Sequence record: PP400787
Origin: Escherichia phage FL23
Reading direction: 5' to 3' (one strand)
Length of the DNA stretch: 64,000 nt
The notes under the pieces are model-generated. The model did no database searches. It had not been told where the DNA came from and saw only the letters and a list, made by a program, of their open reading frames with translations. The position numbers and the translations under genes were made by a program. How positions within the stretch are numbered: position 1 is the first letter of the stretch; each line of letters starts with the position of its first letter. Below, piece after piece: positions 59,702 to 64,000 of the stretch.

Positions 59702-59887
59702 ATGAAACGTTGTGAATTAATTCGAAATGTTGCTATTGCAATTTCTGCTTCCGCTTTTAGTTTTTCAATGTTTGTTGGATTTATATGTGGATTATTGACT
59801 ACAGCAGAAAATGTGTTTTCACTTGTAGTAGCATTTTTAATTGGTTTAATTGCTATTGTTATGGATAAAATTTCTAAAGGTGAATAA
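59702..59887 (+). CDS. small hydrophobic membrane protein (61 aa)
   Basis: GAGGAGAATAAAATG strong SD; two predicted hydrophobic segments; own early promoter. Confidence 0.6.
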   Translation: MKRCELIRNVAIAISASAFSFSMFVGFICGLLTTAENVFSLVVAFLIGLIAIVMDKISKGE

Positions 59888-60285
59888 TGAACGTTGAATA
59901 TTATGTATATGCGGATTACGAAAATAATCCGTCTAAAGATGAAGATAATCGTTTAGGTGTAGATGCTTTCGATTCCCCTGCGGCGGCATGGCAATGGGTT
60001 GAAAGAACCGATATTCCTTACCGTTATATTGAAGTGGTTGACCACGCAGGAAACAAGTATCCTAAGGAAGCATATGTTGCTTCCGGGAAGGTAAATTTCC
60101 TTTTGTTTGCAGGTGATAATTATTATCCCCGTGGTGGGTATACCGATTTAATTGCTAAAGCATTCTCTGAAGATGAACTCCGTGACATTATCAAAGAAAA
60201 TGAAAACAAACCGATGGATTCTAATCGCTTTGATTGGTGGCAAATCGTAAATGCTAATACTCACACTATTGTTGATGAAGGCTGA
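59887..60285 (+). CDS. hypothetical protein
   Basis: TAATG coupling; 132 aa. Confidence 0.65.
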   Translation: MNVEYYVYADYENNPSKDEDNRLGVDAFDSPAAAWQWVERTDIPYRYIEVVDHAGNKYPKEAYVASGKVNFLLFAGDNYYPRGGYTDLIAKAFSEDELRDIIKENENKPMDSNRFDWWQIVNANTHTIVDEG

Positions 60286-60287
60286 TA

Positions 60288-60575
60288 ATGATTCTTTATG
60301 CGAAAGTATCATCCATTGAAAATGGATATAAATATGATCAAGACGCGGCTAAAGCTTTGATTGATGATTATGGCATTTTAACATGTTTTGAAGTTGAAAA
60401 GGTTTACATTGACCGTTCATCTTCTCAAGTTAAATTAGTGAAGGAAGAACGTAAATTTAATACAGTAAATTTTGATTTCTTTATTGAAACAGAAAAAGGT
60501 CCTCTTGAATATGATATTTTCAAGAATCCTTTGGGTCTTGAATGCATCGTAAATATGTATTATTATAAATGGTAA
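60288..60575 (+). CDS. hypothetical protein
   Basis: ATG 2 nt after previous stop; 95 aa; followed by middle-promoter cassette. Confidence 0.65.
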   Translation: MILYAKVSSIENGYKYDQDAAKALIDDYGILTCFEVEKVYIDRSSSQVKLVKEERKFNTVNFDFFIETEKGPLEYDIFKNPLGLECIVNMYYYKW

Positions 60576-60578
60576 ATA

Positions 60579-60603
60579 TGCTTTAAGAATTATTTGTTAT
60601 TAT
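60579..60603 (+). promoter_or_regulatory. MotA-dependent middle promoter upstream of the tRNA cluster (second copy of the gene 31 cassette)
   Basis: 22-nt string ATGCTTTAAGAATTATTTGTTA (60578-60599) identical to 1838-1859; MotA box TGCTTTA, 12-nt spacer, -10 TATTAT. Confidence 0.5.
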
Positions 60604-60672
60604 TAACTCATATCGCACTGATTAATACCCTCTATCATCAAGGGTTCTTGCTTAAGAGCCTTTGTTAATAAT

Positions 60673-60745
60673 TGGGAATTAGCCAAGTTGGTAAGGCACT
60701 GGATTTTGATTCCAGGATGCAAAGGTTCGAGTCCTTTATTCCCAG
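60673..60745 (+). tRNA. tRNA-Gln (anticodon UUG)
   Basis: Cloverleaf: acceptor TGGGAAT/ATTCCCA, anticodon loop TTTTGAT, T-arm GGTTCGAGTCC; CCA not encoded. Confidence 0.85.
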
Positions 60746-60746
60746 C

Positions 60747-60833
60747 GCGAGAATGGCCAAATTGGTAAAGGCACAGCACTTAAAATGCTGCGGAATGATT
60801 TCCTTGTGGGTTCGAGTCCCACTTCTCGTACCA
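60747..60833 (+). tRNA. tRNA-Leu (anticodon UAA), long variable arm
   Basis: Acceptor GCGAGAA/TTCTCGT, anticodon loop CTTAAAA, T-arm GGTTCGAGTCC, encoded CCA. Confidence 0.85.
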
Positions 60834-60839
60834 AAGTTT

Positions 60840-60911
<72 letters not shown>

Positions 60912-60923
60912 AAATTTAATTTA

Positions 60924-60997
60924 CTCCGTGTAGCTCAGTTTGGTAGAGCGCCTGATTTGGGATCAGGAGGTCCAAGGTTCAAATCCTTGTATGGAGA
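60924..60997 (+). tRNA. tRNA-Pro (anticodon UGG)
   Basis: D-arm TAGCTCAGTTTGGTAGAGC, anticodon loop TTTGGGA, T-arm GGTTCAAATCC. Confidence 0.8.
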
Positions 60998-60999
60998 TT

Positions 61000-61086
61000 G
61001 GAGGCGTGGCAGAGTGGTTTAATGCACCGGTCTTGAAAACCGGCAGTCGCTCCGGCGACTCATAGGTTCAAATCCTATCGCCTCCG
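61000..61086 (+). tRNA. tRNA-Ser (anticodon UGA), long variable arm
   Basis: Acceptor GGAGGCG/CGCCTCC, anticodon loop CTTGAAA, T-arm GGTTCAAATCC. Confidence 0.85.
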
Positions 61087-61093
61087 TAATTTC

Positions 61094-61166
61094 GCTGATT
61101 TAGCTCAGTAGGTAGAGCACCTCACTTGTAATGAGGACGTCGGCGGTTCGATTCCGTCAATCAGCA
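61094..61166 (+). tRNA. tRNA-Thr (anticodon UGU)
   Basis: Acceptor GCTGATT/AATCAGC, D-arm TAGCTCAGTAGGTAGAGC, anticodon loop CTTGTAA, T-arm GGTTCGATTCC. Confidence 0.85.
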
Positions 61167-61172
61167 TATCAA

Positions 61173-61244
61173 GGCCCTGTAGCTGGAAGGTTCAAGCAAG
61201 CGACTCATAATCGCCAGATGGTGGTTCAATTCCACCCAGGGCCA
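61173..61244 (+). tRNA. tRNA-Ile (anticodon CAU, presumed lysidine-modified; reads as Met by sequence alone)
   Basis: Acceptor GGCCCTG/CAGGGCC, anticodon loop CTCATAA, T-arm GGTTCAATTCC; T4 encodes a CAU tRNA-Ile at this position. Confidence 0.7.
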
Positions 61245-61285
61245 TATTTTGAGAACATAAATACTCTTAGAAATAGGAGATATTT

Positions 61286-61951
61286 ATGTTCCATTACATT
61301 TATAAAATAACAAATAAAATTAATAATAAAATCTATATAGGCGCTCATTCTACCGAAAATTTAGATGATGGATATATGGGTTCTGGTAAATTATTAAAAA
61401 GAGCCCAAGATAAGTATGGTATAGAAAATTTTTCTAAAGAAATATTAGAGTTCTTTGACGATAAAACCTCTATGTTTGAGTCAGAAAAGAATATTGTGAC
61501 TGAAGAGTTTTTAAAGCACCCTGATGTTTATAATTTGAAATTAGGTGGTGAAGGTGGTTGGGACCATTTAAACACTAAAGAATATTTGGATAAAAAGAAA
61601 GAAGCTTCCTTAAAAGGAGCTGCCGCTTTTAAAACCAGATTTGAGAACGACCCAGACCTTAAAGAAAAATATCGTAAAATGGGTTCAGAAAGGTTTAAAC
61701 AGCTTTGGGATAATCCTAAGTATAGAGAGAAATTTTTAAATACTAAATCTTTCTTGGGTAAGACCCATACTCCTGAAACTATTAATAAAATGAAAGAATC
61801 TCACGCTAAAAATAATCACCAGAAAGGTGAAAAGAATTCCCAATTTGGTATGATGTGGATTCATTCATTAGATGAAAAAGTTTCTAAACGTATTAAGAAA
61901 ACTGACCCAATTCCAGAAGGATGGTTTAAAGGTCGAAAAATGAAATTTTAA
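61286..61951 (+). CDS. segB: GIY-YIG homing endonuclease SegB
   Basis: N-terminal GIY-YIG module (KIYIGAHS...YMGSGK); 221 aa; inserted between tRNA-Ile and tRNA-Arg as in T4; AGGAGA SD. Confidence 0.85.
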   Translation: MFHYIYKITNKINNKIYIGAHSTENLDDGYMGSGKLLKRAQDKYGIENFSKEILEFFDDKTSMFESEKNIVTEEFLKHPDVYNLKLGGEGGWDHLNTKEYLDKKKEASLKGAAAFKTRFENDPDLKEKYRKMGSERFKQLWDNPKYREKFLNTKSFLGKTHTPETINKMKESHAKNNHQKGEKNSQFGMMWIHSLDEKVSKRIKKTDPIPEGWFKGRKMKF

Positions 61952-61954
61952 CTA

Positions 61955-62030
61955 CGAGGCATAGCTCAGAAGGAAGAGCAAGGACCTTCTAAGTCCTGGG
62001 TCGTAGGTTCGATCCCTACTGCCTCGACCA
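61955..62030 (+). tRNA. tRNA-Arg (anticodon UCU)
   Basis: Acceptor CGAGGCA/TGCCTCG, anticodon loop CTTCTAA, T-arm GGTTCGATCCC, encoded CCA; starts 4 nt after segB stop. Confidence 0.85.
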
Positions 62031-62035
62031 GACAA

Positions 62036-62376
62036 GAAGCCGGGTCGCTACCGGCAAGTCGTCGGACTGATGTTCCCTGTTTAAGGACTGGCATTAACAA
62101 ATCTTTACGATCTGCTAATGCCCCCTTATATCACAGCAGAAACGGCGCACCGAATTATCGATTCGAGGAAATATCTTTGCCATAAGCCGAGTAGCGTTTT
62201 TGACGGAACGTTCGGATATGGTCGAGATATGGCCTTTTAAAAATATTGAGTAGCGTCAACTGCTTAATAACCGGGTTCGAATCCCGGCGTTTCGTACAAA
62301 CACTTGCCTTAGCAGGTGGAACCCCGACAAGGTTGCCGCAAGGCTTAGCCCCGACCGAAAGGTTGGGGCTTTTTAG
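62036..62376 (+). ncRNA. small stable RNA region (T4 RNA C / RNA D-like), boundaries approximate
   Basis: No credible ATG ORF with SD; lies directly downstream of tRNA-Arg where T4 encodes two small stable RNAs; contains a tRNA-like T-arm (CCGGGTTCGAATCCCGG at about 62271-62287) and ends in a hairpin plus T-run terminator. Confidence 0.4.
62347..62376 (+). terminator. rho-independent terminator ending the stable RNA region
   Basis: CCCCGACC-GAAA-GGTTGGGG hairpin followed by CTTTTT. Confidence 0.65.
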
Positions 62377-62464
62377 TTTGAATCACTCGGATAACGCTGT
62401 TACGGATAGTAACAAAGTAATAAATAATTAATAACCAACCGATAAATTATTTCAAGGATTTTAA

Positions 62465-63028
62465 ATGAAAACCTATGCCGAATTTTTAACCGAAGCAGCA
62501 AAATTACCATCTGAAGCAGATCTTACTAAAGTATTCTTCCAATTGGACCCAAAAGACCGCGGCGATTTTCTTAAGTGGAAAGCTAAAGCTATTGAAATGT
62601 ACAACATCGATAATAGTTCTTTTACAATGAGTCAAGAAAATAAATTCAATAAAGCATTTTTCAAAATTTCTAAGAAATTGGCATCTGGCGCTCAGGTTCC
62701 TAAATCTGTGTTAGCTACTCCTGAACGCGCACCTGTTAAAATTTCTAAGAATATGTTCGACACTAAAAAATACGTTAATGCTTTGAATAAAGCTCTTGAT
62801 GCATTGGATGATGCAAAGAAGGCAGCCCGCGATCTTCAAGACGTGTACACCGATTTTGACCGCAAAACTAAAGGTTCTATTTCAAATAGCGAACGCAATA
62901 GTGTAAGTGTTTATTCTGATAGCCTTGATGTTCTTGGCGATGCGTATACTGAAATTAAAAATCGTATTAACACTGCATCTAAGCTAAAAGCTGCTGCAGA
63001 AGCTATAATAAGTAAACTAGGTAAATAA
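62465..63028 (+). CDS. internal head protein with CTS (IpIII-like)
   Basis: N-terminus MKTYAEFLTE matches the CTS consensus with L-T-E cleavage site; 187 aa; AAGGA SD; terminator follows. Confidence 0.7.
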   Translation: MKTYAEFLTEAAKLPSEADLTKVFFQLDPKDRGDFLKWKAKAIEMYNIDNSSFTMSQENKFNKAFFKISKKLASGAQVPKSVLATPERAPVKISKNMFDTKKYVNALNKALDALDDAKKAARDLQDVYTDFDRKTKGSISNSERNSVSVYSDSLDVLGDAYTEIKNRINTASKLKAAAEAIISKLGK

Positions 63029-63036
63029 TTTTAAAT

Positions 63037-63061
63037 CCCTATCTAAATGATAGGGCTTTTT
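63037..63061 (+). terminator. rho-independent terminator after the IpIII-like gene
   Basis: CCCTATC-TAAAT-GATAGGG hairpin followed by CTTTTT. Confidence 0.7.
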
Positions 63062-63184
63062 GGTATCTAGGCCTTTCTGGACCTCTCTAGGCATCATTTA
63101 GTTTATACCCTTTATAATATATTATCCTATCCTTTAATTGCCCATCCCTGCCCTAGAATTCCCTAAAAATTTTTTCACAAAACT

Positions 63185-63214
63185 GTTTACATCTCTGTTC
63201 TTCCATGGTACTAT
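63185..63214 (+). promoter_or_regulatory. early promoter
   Basis: -35 GTTTAC (63185-63190), 18-nt spacer, extended -10 TGgTACTAT (63206-63214). Confidence 0.55.
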
Positions 63215-63257
63215 ACAACTATCAACTACTGATACAGAAAACAACTTGGAGAATGAA

Positions 63258-63521
63258 ATGGATAATTACGGCGAACTGTTCAACTTCTTTATGAAATGCG
63301 TTTCAGAAGATTTCGGTCGTACAGTGAATGATATTAAAGTTATCGGTCCTGACCATCCGATGTTTGAAACTTACGCAGTAATGGGTAATGAAGACGGTCA
63401 GTGGTATACTGTAAAAGTTGTGATTAATATGTTCACAGCAGAAGGTTATGTTAAACTGTCTTCTAAAGTTTACCATGATAACGACGAAATCGCAGAAGAA
63501 TATTTCAATAATATGAAATAA
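63258..63521 (+). CDS. hypothetical protein
   Basis: Track start 63138 is TTG and would run through the promoter; ATG at 63258 with GGAGA SD gives 87 aa. Confidence 0.6.
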   Translation: MDNYGELFNFFMKCVSEDFGRTVNDIKVIGPDHPMFETYAVMGNEDGQWYTVKVVINMFTAEGYVKLSSKVYHDNDEIAEEYFNNMK

Positions 63522-63622
63522 GTTTACGCAGGCTCATGATTGAGATATTATGAGCCTATAATTTGACGATAGAGTATTATACTCCTACGGATTTTAAATC
63601 TCAATTAACCTAAGGAAATACT

Positions 63623-64000
63623 ATGAACACACTGAAGAAAATTGTTGAGTTTATTCGCACTAAACTTGGTTCTGCTATGGCTAAAAATCTATCTGTCGAA
63701 GAACAGTATACTGCTGCAGCAGCAAAACTACTTGATAAAATTAAAGATCTAAAAACTGCTTCTGTTAAATCTATTAACGAAGAAAAACGTATTCGTGAAC
63801 TTGTTATCGAAAAGAATCGACAGGCCGAATCAAAAGAGCGTGAAATTCGTAAACTTCTTTCCGAAGGCCAAGATGTAACAATGCATGCTAAACTCGGTTT
63901 ACTATATCGTCGAACAGCTGAGCAGTTGACTACTAAGGCTGACGGTTATGCTGAAATGCGAATTGAAATCGCCAAGAAAGTAGTTGAGTTAGATGATGCT
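63623..64000 (+). CDS. coiled-coil protein, 3'-truncated by window edge (possibly PspA/IM30-like)
   Basis: AAGGAAA SD, ATG 63623; heptad-rich K/E/R sequence; family assignment is tentative pattern resemblance only. Confidence 0.55.
   Translation, partial: MNTLKKIVEFIRTKLGSAMAKNLSVEEQYTAAAAKLLDKIKDLKTASVKSINEEKRIRELVIEKNRQAESKEREIRKLLSEGQDVTMHAKLGLLYRRTAEQLTTKADGYAEMRIEIAKKVVELDDA

Noticed and set aside
62246-62431. 61-aa ORF in the tRNA-distal region
   Set aside because: Overlaps the presumed stable-RNA region and its terminator hairpin, with no SD; more likely a chance frame in structured RNA.

Overview
The window is a contiguous piece of a T4-like (Tevenvirinae, Tequatrovirus-like) myovirus genome, AT-rich and densely coded, with gene order matching phage T4 almost gene for gene. 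Plus-strand early/middle block: (cd.x)-cd-31.2-31.1-31-rIII-30.9..30.1-30 (DNA ligase)-alt. Minus-strand late block: 54-48-29-28-27-51. Then 26-25-uvsY (+), uvsW.1-uvsW-segD (-), inh-hoc-24.3-24.2-rnlB (+), and the large minus-strand morphogenesis operon 24-23-22-21-68-67-20-19-18-17-16-15-14-13-wac-12-11-10-9-8-7-6-5.4-5.1-5-53. It ends with 4-2-(split HNH)-3-1-57A-57B, an internal-protein (ip) locus, the 8-tRNA cluster interrupted by segB, a stable-RNA region, an IpIII-like gene and two further ORFs. Identification rests on synteny, characteristic motifs and near-exact matches to T4 protein lengths and N-termini as I remember them; no search was run. The short tail fibre gp12 and Alt differ in length from T4 as I recall it, so this is probably a close T4 relative rather than T4 itself. 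The supplied ORF track uses TTG/GTG starts in places; I re-trimmed those to the in-frame ATG with a Shine-Dalgarno (gp20, gp13, gp11, gp3, gp5.1, uvsW.1, 30.3, 30.7). I see no convincing evidence of an entirely new multi-gene system. The most interesting items are a NADAR-domain protein and a HAD-like phosphatase near the Alt ADP-ribosyltransferase, an Alt N-terminal paralog, a frameshift-split HNH homing endonuclease between genes 2 and 3, a polymorphic ip locus with promoter/stem-loop cassettes, a duplicated middle-promoter cassette, and several uncharacterised small ORFs next to the tRNA cluster.
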